This document shows, piece after piece, positions 19,242 through 32,546 of a stretch of DNA of 32,546 nucleotides. The stretch comes from Nitrososphaeria archaeon. GTDB taxonomy: Archaea > Thermoproteota > Nitrososphaeria > Conexivisphaerales > UBA164. The notes beneath the pieces were generated by a model that saw only the letters and a list, made by a program, of their open reading frames with translations, searched no databases and was not told the DNA's origin. The stretch lies in contig JARVJW010000085.1 in assembly GCA_029775955.1 (NCBI GenBank), positions 1 through 32,546 on the forward strand. Direction: 5' to 3'. The translations under genes and the position numbers were made by a program. How positions within the stretch are numbered: the stretch's first letter is position 1; every line of letters starts with the position of its first letter.

Positions 19242-20567
19242 GTGCTGATGAGCTACACCGAACATTCTAAAAGGGTATTCCTGAATACCGGAACTAGGTT
19301 TCAGCGGTCAATAATCTGGTCCATGGGGGCTGTAAAGTTGGCTGCAGCGCGGGCAAACGTTTCGCTGGGAATAATGAAACAGGATATGGGCCAGGCAATA
19401 GAAAAAGCCGCGCTTGAGCTTATGGATGGATTGCATGATGAAGAAATAACTGTTGATGTATTTCAGACAGGGTCTGGCACAGGCATAAACATGAACGTTA
19501 ACGAAGTAATTTCAAAAAGGGCCACAGAAATTCTTGGGTCAAAGGTGCATCCAAACGATCACGTGAATATGTCCCAATCATCTAACGATGTTGTTCCTAC
19601 AGCAATAAGGGTCGCAGCTGCAAGGGATGCGCTTTTATACCTAATCCCTTCTTTAAAGGAACTTGTAAGCTCCTTAAATGCTGCAGCACAGAGGTCATCA
19701 GAGATATATAAACCGGGACGAACTCACCTAAGGGATGCGCTTCCTGTTACTCTGGGACAGGAACTAAGTGCCTATGCTAAAGCTTTTGAAAGGGATTCGC
19801 AAGTTATTTCTGCATCTGTCAATGATGTAAAGGAATTGCCAATAGGTGGAACTGCAGTTGGAACAGGTATCAATTCACCTGTTGAATTTAGTGAAACTGT
19901 GATAAGGGAACTAAATAAAATTATGGACCTGAATTACAGAATGGCGGATAACAGATTTATGAGAATGAGGTTGTTGACAGATCTTGTGAACCTTTCAGGC
20001 TCAATAAGGGGAACATCACTTGACCTTTACAGAATCTCACAGGATCTTAGGTTGATGTTTTCAGGACCAATGACAGGCATTAATGAAATAGACATACCGA
20101 GTCAGGAGGAAGTTGCAGGAAGCAGCATAATGCCAGGCAAAACCAACCCGGTCACTGTAGAATCTTGCCTTCAATCTTCAGTTCAAATTATGGGCATTGA
20201 CCATGCGGTACAACTTGCTGGTATGCTGGGTGAATTTGAATTAAGCATGGGCATTCCGTTAACTGGATATGATGTGATACTTGAAATAGGGCTGCTCAGT
20301 GAATCGGTTATAAAGATGGCCAAAGTCGTAATAGATAATATTGTTCCAAATAAGGAAAGGGCTAGGAGGCTTGCTGAAAGCAGCCCCTCTCTTATAACAA
20401 TAATTTCGCCATACATAGGGTATGACAAAGCTTCTAAAATAGGCAAGCAACTTGCAAAGGGGTTATCTCTGAGGGATGCTCTAAAGGAACTGGGATACAA
20501 AGATAAGGAAATTGATTCAATGCTTGACATGAAAAAATTAGTGAAAGGCGGATTCATTAATAAATAA
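19242..20567 (+). CDS. fumC: Class II fumarate hydratase (fumarase/aspartase superfamily)
   Basis: 441 aa. Motifs [44 protein letters not shown] and [11 protein letters not shown]. Confidence 0.92.
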   Translation: MLMSYTEHSKRVFLNTGTRFQRSIIWSMGAVKLAAARANVSLGIMKQDMGQAIEKAALELMDGLHDEEITVDVFQTGSGTGINMNVNEVISKRATEILGSKVHPNDHVNMSQSSNDVVPTAIRVAAARDALLYLIPSLKELVSSLNAAAQRSSEIYKPGRTHLRDALPVTLGQELSAYAKAFERDSQVISASVNDVKELPIGGTAVGTGINSPVEFSETVIRELNKIMDLNYRMADNRFMRMRLLTDLVNLSGSIRGTSLDLYRISQDLRLMFSGPMTGINEIDIPSQEEVAGSSIMPGKTNPVTVESCLQSSVQIMGIDHAVQLAGMLGEFELSMGIPLTGYDVILEIGLLSESVIKMAKVVIDNIVPNKERARRLAESSPSLITIISPYIGYDKASKIGKQLAKGLSLRDALKELGYKDKEIDSMLDMKKLVKGGFINK

Positions 20568-20572
20568 ACTTA

Positions 20573-21145
20573 GCCAACTACTAACCCCTTTGTCGCTTGC
20601 CTCCCCTCAGGCATGGATTCACTTAGCTAACGATTAGCTTGTTGAGAGCAGCACTAAGATTTACCTTCAATGTTCATTGAGGCATTTAATCAAAAACCAC
20701 AGTTCAGGCAATTAAAAGACCCTTTCTATTGTTCTTATTGGTATAACCACATTTTGAGCATTTATGTGTATATCTTGTTCACAAACAACATAGATTTGCC
20801 CATAGCTTTGTATTTAATAAATTGCTTAAGGAGACTGAGCTTGAATCTCCTTCCCCTGTTTTTCATCTTCTTTGGCTCAAGACGTCAAATGACATGTTTT
20901 GATATTACACGGTTAAGCACGAACCGTCTCTGCGGTGAGCAGAACGAGTGCCCACGTGCTGTAATTTCTTTCCGTCGTATTGATACTACCCCTAGCTTTG
21001 AGTTGAAGAGCTTTGACAGAACAGCTACCTATCTGTCCCACAAATTTTACCCCTTTTCTACCTTAACCAGTAAGGACATTTTCATTTATGGTGAGCTGCC
21101 TGCTGCAATTGATTGCACCATGGTCCAAAATAGATTACAGGAATG
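20573..21145 (-). mobile_element. tnpB: Decayed tnpB 3' part and right end (family E, copy 2), 5 bp after the fumC stop
   Basis: Matches 5686-6062. Zn-finger remnants CSKCGY..FNCLNCGF. The boundary near 21145 is approximate. Confidence 0.75.
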
Positions 21146-21149
21146 ACAT

Positions 21150-22449
21150 GCCTGAGGGCAAATGTATGGATTTGCTTCAAAATGATAATGCTGAACAGGT
21201 GATAAGGGTTAGAAACAGACACGATGATCTTTATAAGGAGCTATAACATATATGAAGATAAAGGAAATACTGAAGGTGATAAAGCCATGAGCCATCCATG
21301 GAAATCCAGGGGGGACAATTGTCGAGTACTATGAGCCACAAGAGGACGTAATAAAGTACCTCACGGACATGCATAATATGATAAGGCACGCCCTTGAGGT
21401 TGCCTATGAAATGGCTATACATTATTGCAATAGGATACCTTCGCCAATTGCATTGAGGTCAAGCCATGGTTCGCGTCAAACTATGATTTTGCGATTCACC
21501 ACCTCAACCCCGTTTCTGCCGTTGCCTGATAATACAAGAAGAACCATCATGGCGAGCTGAGGATACCTGTTGTGAAGAAGCTTGAAATGAGGATTGACGG
21601 CGAGCTGTTCAAGGTTGAGGGCGATAGAGTAAGGGTAACGTTCCCCGGGCATTACGCTTACGTCCCAATAAACACTGAGAACAAGCACTACCATGAATAC
21701 AGCAAGGGCAAAGCTTCAGAACTCTTGCTGACTGACAATTTTGTATGTGTTAACCATATCGGAAAGGAGCCTAGCTTCGTGGCGCAGGACTTCACGATAG
21801 ATTCCACGTTTGCGACGGTGAATGCTGGTAGGCCTGCGCTGAAAGGAACTGACACACAGAGCATTTCTGACATAGCGCACATACAGAATGACTTCAGGAG
21901 GAGGAAGAGCCTGCAGAAGCACATACACAACAAACAGAAGTACAGGAAACTGCGCCAGGCCAGAGGTAGGCAGAAGAACCGTGTCAATGATGCCCTGCAA
22001 AAGCTAACTACGGAGATGGTAAAGGAAAACCCAGGCGCATCGTTTGTCTTTGAAGACTTGAACGGAATAAGGACTAGTGGAAACAACAAGGGCAGGAAGT
22101 TCAGGACAAAGTTGAACAAGTGGCCATATAGGCTTTACCAGAAGATGATTGAATACAAGTCCTCATTCAAGACCGTTTATGTGAACCCAAGAGGAACTTC
22201 AGAGTGTCCTGTCTGTGGTGATAAACTGAAGCACCAGGCTTGGGGGATATCGAAATGCGAAACCTGTGGCATGGACTACGACAGGGATAGGCTGGCCATA
22301 ACCCTGCGTGGCCTGCGGCTACCCGTGAGTGCGGATGGCCTTTGAATGATGGATACCTGCACACTAGACACTAGCCCAGTAGCCGGAGCTGGCTTGAAGG
22401 TCAACGCTCCGAATGAAGGTTATAAGAAATTATAACCTTTCAGAAACGG
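21150..22449 (+). mobile_element. tnpB: Decayed IS607-family element, copy 2 (tnpB ORF 21572-22345 partly intact; tnpA mostly lost)
   Basis: FVFEDL, YVNPRGTSECPVCG..CETCGMDYDRDRLA. Shares its 3' end TATAACCTTTCAGAAACGG with copy 1. Left boundary approximate. Confidence 0.82.
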
Positions 22450-22704
22450 CAATCCATAGGGCATAGAGACTTCATGTATGTAAGATGGGTTTGAGGCCAT
22501 CAAGCAGGAATTTTGTTGTAAGGGTTATTGCAGTGATCCTGTACAATGCTTAACAATCACTGCGTATGAATTCAGGCGCGCCGTTGAGAGGCTATAAGGG
22601 AAGGAACTGCAACCAAATGGTAGTGCACGATGAGGTTTAGCGGGAGCTAAATGGTTAAGCCTTGCATTTTTAGGCTATCATAAATCTAAATATATATTAT
22701 TATC

Positions 22705-22745
22705 ACTCTTTCATCTTTTTGCCAATGGACTTCTCGCTTACAAGG
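22705..22745 (-). mobile_element. Isolated IS200/IS605 left-end remnant
   Basis: TTCTCGCTTACAAGG|TTAAA matches the family F left end TTCTCGCTCGCAAGG|TTAAA (17651-17670). Confidence 0.55.
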
Positions 22746-22778
22746 TTAAATGCTATAGCGCAATCCTATTACTACCAG

Positions 22779-22853
22779 TGGGCTGACCAGGATTTGAACC
22801 TGGGACCTTCGCCGTGTAAGGGCGATGTGCTAACCAGGCTACACCATCAGCCC
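22779..22853 (-). tRNA. trnV: tRNA-Val (anticodon TAC), intronless, CCA not encoded
   Basis: Acceptor stem GGGCTGA/TCAGCCC, anticodon arm TCGCC-CTTACAC-GGCGA, T arm CCAGG-TTCAAAT-CCTGG. Confidence 0.96.
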
Positions 22854-22897
22854 CACTGTACATAGGAATATTGACGGCTGATCACATCCAAGAAACG
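22854..22897 (-). other. 3' arm of the 23S pre-rRNA processing stem (BHB)
   Basis: Pairs with 25936-25979: 4-bp helix GACG/CGTC flanked by 3-nt bulges AAA and AAT. Confidence 0.92.
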
Positions 22898-25935
<3,038 letters not shown>

Positions 25936-25979
25936 CGTTTCTCAGATGTGATCAACTTTCGTCATTCCTATGTACAGTG
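25936..25979 (-). other. 5' arm of the 23S pre-rRNA processing stem (BHB)
   Basis: Inverted repeat of 22854-22897. Confidence 0.92.
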
Positions 25980-26048
25980 TCATCACGGACCTATAAATCC
26001 GCTTCACTCTTCATCTGCAGGGTTAACTGCAGATTGCATATTTAATAT

Positions 26049-26081
26049 CTGGTCACAGAACTTAGTAAGAGTTCAGGCCGG
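26049..26081 (-). other. 3' arm of the 16S pre-rRNA processing stem (BHB)
   Basis: Pairs with 27597-27629: helix GGTA/TACT (one G-U) with bulges AAT and AAG. Confidence 0.9.
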
Positions 26082-26090
26082 CAATGTATA

Positions 26091-27589
<1,499 letters not shown>

Positions 27590-27596
27590 CGCACTA

Positions 27597-27629
27597 CCGG
27601 CCTAAACTCTATTTACCTTCTGTGACCAG
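27597..27629 (-). other. 5' arm of the 16S pre-rRNA processing stem (BHB)
   Basis: Inverted repeat of 26049-26081. Confidence 0.9.
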
Positions 27630-27746
27630 CATCAGTTCCAACATCTGTATGTTGGATCTTCATTATTGTACGCGCACTTGGAGACCATTGCATCACAGTC
27701 AGGGCAAGAATATACCCATCTCTGCAATGATGCCCGTTTATGCGCG

Positions 27747-27753
27747 TTATAAA
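27747..27753 (-). promoter_or_regulatory. Probable TATA box of the rRNA operon
   Basis: TTTATAA on the minus strand about 160 nt upstream of the 16S 5' end. Confidence 0.5.
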
Positions 27754-27899
27754 TCTGCAATTTCCCCTTTATTAATTTTTACTAATTACATGAGACATGC
27801 CGTGCCCTGAAAATATTATAACCCCAGCATTCACGATCAGCACACTTTGGATAATAAAAAGGAAGATGGGCAACCGTAGCATAGCAAAAAGCAGCCTAT

Positions 27900-28450
27900 A
27901 GCAAAAAAGCTGTAAATGCAAGCATTGCGCATAAACTGGTCAATCCTGGCAGCTTCCCAAAGGCCAGCTATAAAACACTTATTAGCTGATAGTGGTCAAA
28001 TATGGAATGCAGTGTACCTGGAGGAAATGGGCAAAGGTTTCTTTTCCACGATGCATCAGGTGTTAACGATACTGCAACAGAGGAAGCATGAAACACAGCA
28101 TGTCAAACTGACTGGTACAAAAAGCTGATCCAAGGTGCATGGGCAAGTATCTGATTGTATTTGTTGATTATCATTATTCAATGCTTGCAATTGGCTGCAT
28201 TTATGATAATGCCAAGCTGCTTGATAGATGCCCAGCAGCCAGGGGAGGTGTGATGGATCACAGTTCTATTCAAACTTAGGGTATGTTTCAGGTTGAGGAA
28301 CTGGAGGTTAAAGCGCATGGTTGTCCTTCGTGAAAGCAGACACAATGAGGGGAAAGGCTAGCCTGGCAAGCAGAATTTTCAGATTTGCAGGTTGTTCAAT
28401 AGCATTATTGGGCGCAACCGAATAAACAAAGGTATTACAAGTAAATGTTA
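27900..28450 (+). pseudogene. Probable highly eroded tnpB remnant
   Basis: ORF 27916-28128 (LLADSGQIWNAV..GKGFF) resembles a TnpB N-terminal helix. No intact long frame. Confidence 0.3.
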
Positions 28451-28536
28451 ACTGAGGGCTTCAGCATAGAAATAACGGCAAAAATGACGCTAAGTTCAGA
28501 ACAAGGTTTAAATTCAAACATTTTATAAAGCCGTTC

Positions 28537-29301
28537 ATGCAATGGATAGATTCCCATTCACACCATTACCTGACTTCCCTTTCAATATTGGATGAGCTAC
28601 ATCAGGGGGGGTTGTCAGGCGTGGTTGAAGCCAGCTGGGTGCCAATAAGGCCCACATCTTCTTCAACTTTAATTGATTTATACGCTTGGGTTGTAAACCG
28701 AGAAAAGGAAAGATTAAGTAAGATCGGCCTAAAGCCTATCCCTGCAATAGGCATACACCCCAGGTGCATCCCTACTGGCGAACTGGAACAATCATTAAAT
28801 TATGTTCAAACCTGGTTACAAATGGAGGACGTTAAGGCATTGGGCGAAGTGGGATTAGAAAGCGGTGATGACACGGAAGTCTACGTGCTTGAAAGACAAT
28901 TACGACTGGCAATGGCAGCTGATAAACCAGTCATCATGCACACACCAAAAAGCAATAAAAAAACTGTACTTAAAAAAATATTAAATGTAGTTGATGCCGT
29001 GTCTTTTCCCCCGGAAATGGTAGTTATAGATCATCTGAATTCTGAAGTTTATGATATGGTGCATAGCCTAAAAACATATTTTGGATTGTCAGTTCAACCA
29101 GGGAAGTTATCTGTAAATGAGTCATTTGATCTTGTCCAGAAACTTGATTTTGACAGGGTATTGATAAATTCAGATTCAAGCACCGAACCAAGTCAACCCA
29201 GCTGGCCTGCCCTGCTTTTGAACAAATTAGAGCTAAGTGAATTAAGTGAAGCTTCCAGAAAGATTGCACTTGAAAACCCTAAGAAATATTACAAAATTTA
29301 A
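28537..29301 (+). CDS. TatD-related metal-dependent hydrolase (COG1099-like)
   Basis: 254 aa. Motifs IDSHSH, GIHPR, GEVGLE, HTP, VIDH and NSD. TTTAAA lies 30 nt upstream. Confidence 0.88.
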   Translation: MQWIDSHSHHYLTSLSILDELHQGGLSGVVEASWVPIRPTSSSTLIDLYAWVVNREKERLSKIGLKPIPAIGIHPRCIPTGELEQSLNYVQTWLQMEDVKALGEVGLESGDDTEVYVLERQLRLAMAADKPVIMHTPKSNKKTVLKKILNVVDAVSFPPEMVVIDHLNSEVYDMVHSLKTYFGLSVQPGKLSVNESFDLVQKLDFDRVLINSDSSTEPSQPSWPALLLNKLELSELSEASRKIALENPKKYYKI

Positions 29302-29881
29302 GCCAATTGAGAGAAACTTCTACCTTAGAGAAACTATTGAAGTAGCTGAGGAGTTGCTGGGCCAGTTACTGGTTAGGGTAATTGACAAAAACTTAATGGC
29401 TGTTAGGATAACTGAGGTAGAGGCCTACAGAGGACTGTTGGACCCAGCAAGTCATGCGTACAGGGGGAAAGAGGGAAGGGCCAGAATTATGTTTGGAGAC
29501 GTGGGCTATGCTTATGTGTATCTTTCTTATGGCGTCCATTATTGCATTAATGTCGTAGCTAAATCAGAGGACCAGGAGGCTGGCGCAATTCTAATAAGGA
29601 GCGGGGAGCCGGTAATAGGGTACCAATTTATGAAATTGTTCCACGATAGAGAAAAATGTAAGATTTCAAGCGGGCCTGGAAATTTGACAAAGTCATTAAA
29701 TATAAATGCTTCATATAATGGATATGACCTGACTGCAGGTACTGAACTATATATTTCGCGAGGTTGGCTGAACAAAGGCGAAAAAATTGTCAGTAGCACA
29801 AGGGTTGGCATTTCAAGGGCCACTGACAAAAAATGGAGGTTTTTAATTGCCGGCAACTGCACTGTTTCCAAAAAACCCTGA
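29246..29881 (+). CDS. mpg: DNA-3-methyladenine glycosylase (MPG/AAG family); true start may be the TTG at 29270
   Basis: Motifs LLGQLLV, ITEVEAYRG..DPASHAYRG, YVYLSYGVHYCINVV, GAILIRS, GPGNL and RVGIS...WRF. Confidence 0.92.
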   Translation: MKLPERLHLKTLRNITKFKPIERNFYLRETIEVAEELLGQLLVRVIDKNLMAVRITEVEAYRGLLDPASHAYRGKEGRARIMFGDVGYAYVYLSYGVHYCINVVAKSEDQEAGAILIRSGEPVIGYQFMKLFHDREKCKISSGPGNLTKSLNINASYNGYDLTAGTELYISRGWLNKGEKIVSSTRVGISRATDKKWRFLIAGNCTVSKKP

Positions 29882-29939
29882 GCTTTTTGCTAGTCAATAA
29901 AAGATTATAATAATATAGTGTTAACTACAGAAGTTCTGA

Positions 29940-30450
29940 ACGTATTGCAGGCATCCAGAAAAAAACTTTGTGTGGATTGATAAATGCGTTACAATGCCGA
30001 ACAAGATGTACGATTATAATAAGCTCACAAGATTCTGAACGAGAAAAAAGGCCATTTATGAACTTGCATCCAAAACAGATGATTTACAGAACCAGATACA
30101 GCAGACGCAATAGTGCTTCATGGCTGATGCACATGCAATTCAGGCATTTGAAAAATATTTTTCGAGATGCTAATGAGGCCTAGAAAGCTGCAACTTAAAG
30201 AGCAATTATACAGTCGTCTTAAATAACAATAATGATGAATCAGTCAGTTAATATGGGCGGAAAAAACAACTTGTGCAGATTCCATTCAACGGCTCAGGCA
30301 GAGGAATAAATCAAATGCGTATTTTGCACGCAAATGGAACATCAAGCACAACTTTCATAATTGGAAATGTATGAAAACAGTAATAGGTTCCTGTAAAACA
30401 AATAGGGTAAAAACCAGGTTGGATAAGGGAATAAATTTCAATGCTTTAGC
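29940..30450 (+). pseudogene. Possible highly eroded transposon (tnpB-like) remnant
   Basis: AT-rich, no intact ORF. Only weak TnpB-like fragments are visible. Confidence 0.2.
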
Positions 30451-30458
30451 CTAACAGT

Positions 30459-30728
30459 TCACTTAAATTTAACCCTGTATACGGAACCGCACTTTTTACA
30501 CGTAAAAATAAGTTTTCCCTTCCTTACTCTTATTGTTTTACTATATATAGGCGGCGAATACGCCTTACACTTTTTACAAAAAAGCAATTTAAGTTCATAA
30601 GGCCGCTTTATCCTGAACTTCATTGTAATCCTATCGGCTAACGCTGCCTGCATTTCTGAAAGTTTGCTTGGCGAATCTCGATATGATTGCATTATTAGAA
30701 ATTTAACTGATTCAACTGCGGCTTTCAT
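30459..30728 (-). CDS. rnp4: RNase P protein subunit Rpp21/Rpr2
   Basis: 89 aa, basic. Helical N-terminus, then K...FCKKC...TIRVR....FTCKKCG..YR zinc ribbon. Confidence 0.85.
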   Translation of the reverse strand: MKAAVESVKFLIMQSYRDSPSKLSEMQAALADRITMKFRIKRPYELKLLFCKKCKAYSPPIYSKTIRVRKGKLIFTCKKCGSVYRVKFK

Positions 30729-31455
30729 TATTTATCCATCCATAGCCTTCCTTGTCTATTTTATCAGCCAATGTAGAATCTCCTTCAACAGCTATTTTGC
30801 CATTTACAAGTATATAAACCACATCTGGCTTAATATACCTTAAAATCCTTGAATAATGGGTTACAATTATAATTGTATTGCTGATTTTAGCATGTATTTT
30901 GTTAATTGCAGAAGCTATTAATTCAAGAGAATCAACATCAAGCCCTGAATCAATTTCATCAAGTATGGCGAACTTTGGCTGCAATACAGCCATCTGTATT
31001 ACTTCCATCTTCTTTTTTTCTCCCCCTGACAGGCCCTCATTAAGGTTCCTTGAAAGTAGCAAATCGTCAATCCCAAGTTCAGATAACTTCTGTTTTACTG
31101 TTCGGTTAAAAACATATGTGCTCAGGTTTTGGCCAGTTACTGTATTATATGCCGTTTTTAAAAATGAAAAACTTGGAACGCCAGGCACTTCTACAGGGTT
31201 TTGAAATGCCAAAAATATTCCCTTTTTTGCTCTCTGGTCTGGAGTAAGGCGGGTAATTTCTTCATTGTCCAAAAAGATTTTTCCGCCATTTATTTTGTAT
31301 TCCGGGTTTCCCATGATAGTAAAGCTTAAAGTGCTTTTGCCTGACCCGTTTGGCCCCATTATCGCATATATTTTCCCGTCATCAAACTTCACGTTAATAC
31401 CATTAAGTATTGTTTTATCATTTATGCCTGCTATAAGGTCATTTACACTCAACAA
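30712..31455 (-). CDS. sufC: Fe-S cluster assembly ABC ATPase SufC (start placed at TTG 31455)
   Basis: Motifs AIMGPNGSGKSTL, GIFLAFQNPVEVPGV, RNLNEGLSGGEKKK and LDEIDSGLDVD. The longer ORF call to 31566 runs into IS sequence. TTTTAA lies 31 nt upstream of the TTG. Confidence 0.93.
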   Translation of the reverse strand: MLSVNDLIAGINDKTILNGINVKFDDGKIYAIMGPNGSGKSTLSFTIMGNPEYKINGGKIFLDNEEITRLTPDQRAKKGIFLAFQNPVEVPGVPSFSFLKTAYNTVTGQNLSTYVFNRTVKQKLSELGIDDLLLSRNLNEGLSGGEKKKMEVIQMAVLQPKFAILDEIDSGLDVDSLELIASAINKIHAKISNTIIIVTHYSRILRYIKPDVVYILVNGKIAVEGDSTLADKIDKEGYGWINNESRS

Positions 31456-31500
31456 TTTAACAATGCTATATTTATGTAAGTTAAAACCTTTCCTAAAAAA

Positions 31501-32546
31501 GTGAACTACCCCGCCCTTGCGGACGGGGCTTCTGCCACGCCCGCTTGTTTGGAGCTTCAACGGCAATGCTTGCTTTCACATGCGCTTTATGTATTCGAGC
31601 ATGCTAGAGGCATAATCCTCTGCGAGCGTCTCGCCTAGGTTCCCTAGGCAAAGCCCTTCTTGCTTATTTGCAGCACCTACATCCCTATCAAATACTGAAT
31701 GGCATGAAGGGCATACTACCATTCTATCTGATAGGTTCAGATGCTGCACTGTATCACAATTCATGCATACGCCAGTTGTTCTTATGAACCTGCCTACTTC
31801 CAAAGGAGTGCTTGCCTTTAGGCAATTGCGGAATCCTCCTATGGAAGTTTGGTATGTCTTCCTCCCGTAAAACTTTGACCAACTCTTATCATTTTGGTAA
31901 ACAACATATTCATAATTTGACGTCACATAATGTGCAAGTTTGTTATTTATGTCTTTCTTCTGATTGTCCTGGTGCAGAAATCCGCTTTTTATCTTTTGTA
32001 ATAACTTTGTACCTCTTTTTGACCTTTTGCCATATTGGGATCTTGCTTTGTAAAGCTTCTTTATCCTTTCGGGCATTGGCATAAAGTATTGCACCTTAAT
32101 TCCATTTGAGAATCTGGTTCTTTATGCCTAAGTCAATGCCTATTGCTCTGCCGTTATGCACTTTTTCTTCTTTTGGCAAGTATGCAACGACATGAAGTAA
32201 TCACCGTTCCTCTCTATAAAGTAGCAACCTCTGCGTTGCATGGCATTTGATCTATCCCGATTGCTTTGAAATCACCCAAGCCCTGTATATGCACTGTTTT
32301 ATCCTTTATTTTATAGGTTATGCCGTATTGCATTAGGGGTATTGAATGCAGCGCCTTCCTGTACCTTATCTTTCCAATTTTCTTTCCCTTTGCTTTCAAT
32401 AAGGCTTTTGTTGTTGCTCTGCAACCTTTTTATCAGGTATTGTTTCATCTGTGATGACAATACAATCAGCTCCCTTTCTTCGAATTTATCGCCAACCTTT
32501 ACCTTTTTGTCTTTATAAGAAACAGAATCTGTTATGCCTTTTGATA
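31501..32546 (-). mobile_element. tnpB: Decayed tnpB with intact right-end hairpin (family A, copy 2); truncated by the window end
   Basis: Fragments AIGIDLGI, CMNC..CPSC..FDRDVGAA. Hairpin CCCCGTCC-GCAA-GGGCGGGG (31509-31528) and end motif GTAGTTCAC. Confidence 0.85.

Noticed and set aside
22460..22640. Possible IS4/ISH3-type transposase C-terminal fragment (AVILYNA..ITAYEFRR)
   Set aside because: Too short and degraded to support a call.
31456..31566. N-terminal extension of SufC in the ORF track
   Set aside because: It is read-through into the promoter and the IS right-end hairpin; TATA spacing supports the TTG at 31455.

Overview
Archaeal chromosomal segment. The 16S rRNA, the tRNA-free 16S-23S spacer, the absence of a linked 5S gene and TATA boxes about 30 nt before start codons point to the TACK group. 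Housekeeping content: ppdK, a ClC-CBS channel, fumC, a 16S-23S rRNA operon with canonical bulge-helix-bulge (BHB) stems and a directly abutting tRNA-Val(TAC), a TatD-like hydrolase, MPG glycosylase, Rpp21 and an orphan sufC. Roughly a third of the window is decayed insertion sequences (several IS200/IS605 tnpB families, two IS607 copies, two IS5/IS903-like elements), eroded by many microhomology-flanked deletions. The best candidate for an undescribed system is an IS-bounded island (6062-13201). It encodes a Tat-less, acetylene-hydratase-like Mo/W-bisPGD oxidoreductase, a 4x[4Fe-4S] subunit and an NrfD/DmsC-like anchor whose charge bias predicts a cytoplasm-facing orientation. Next to these sit a xanthine/urate-type NCS2 importer and an OsmC-like protein with a duplicated Cys motif. 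All calls come from reading the sequence by eye; no searches were run.
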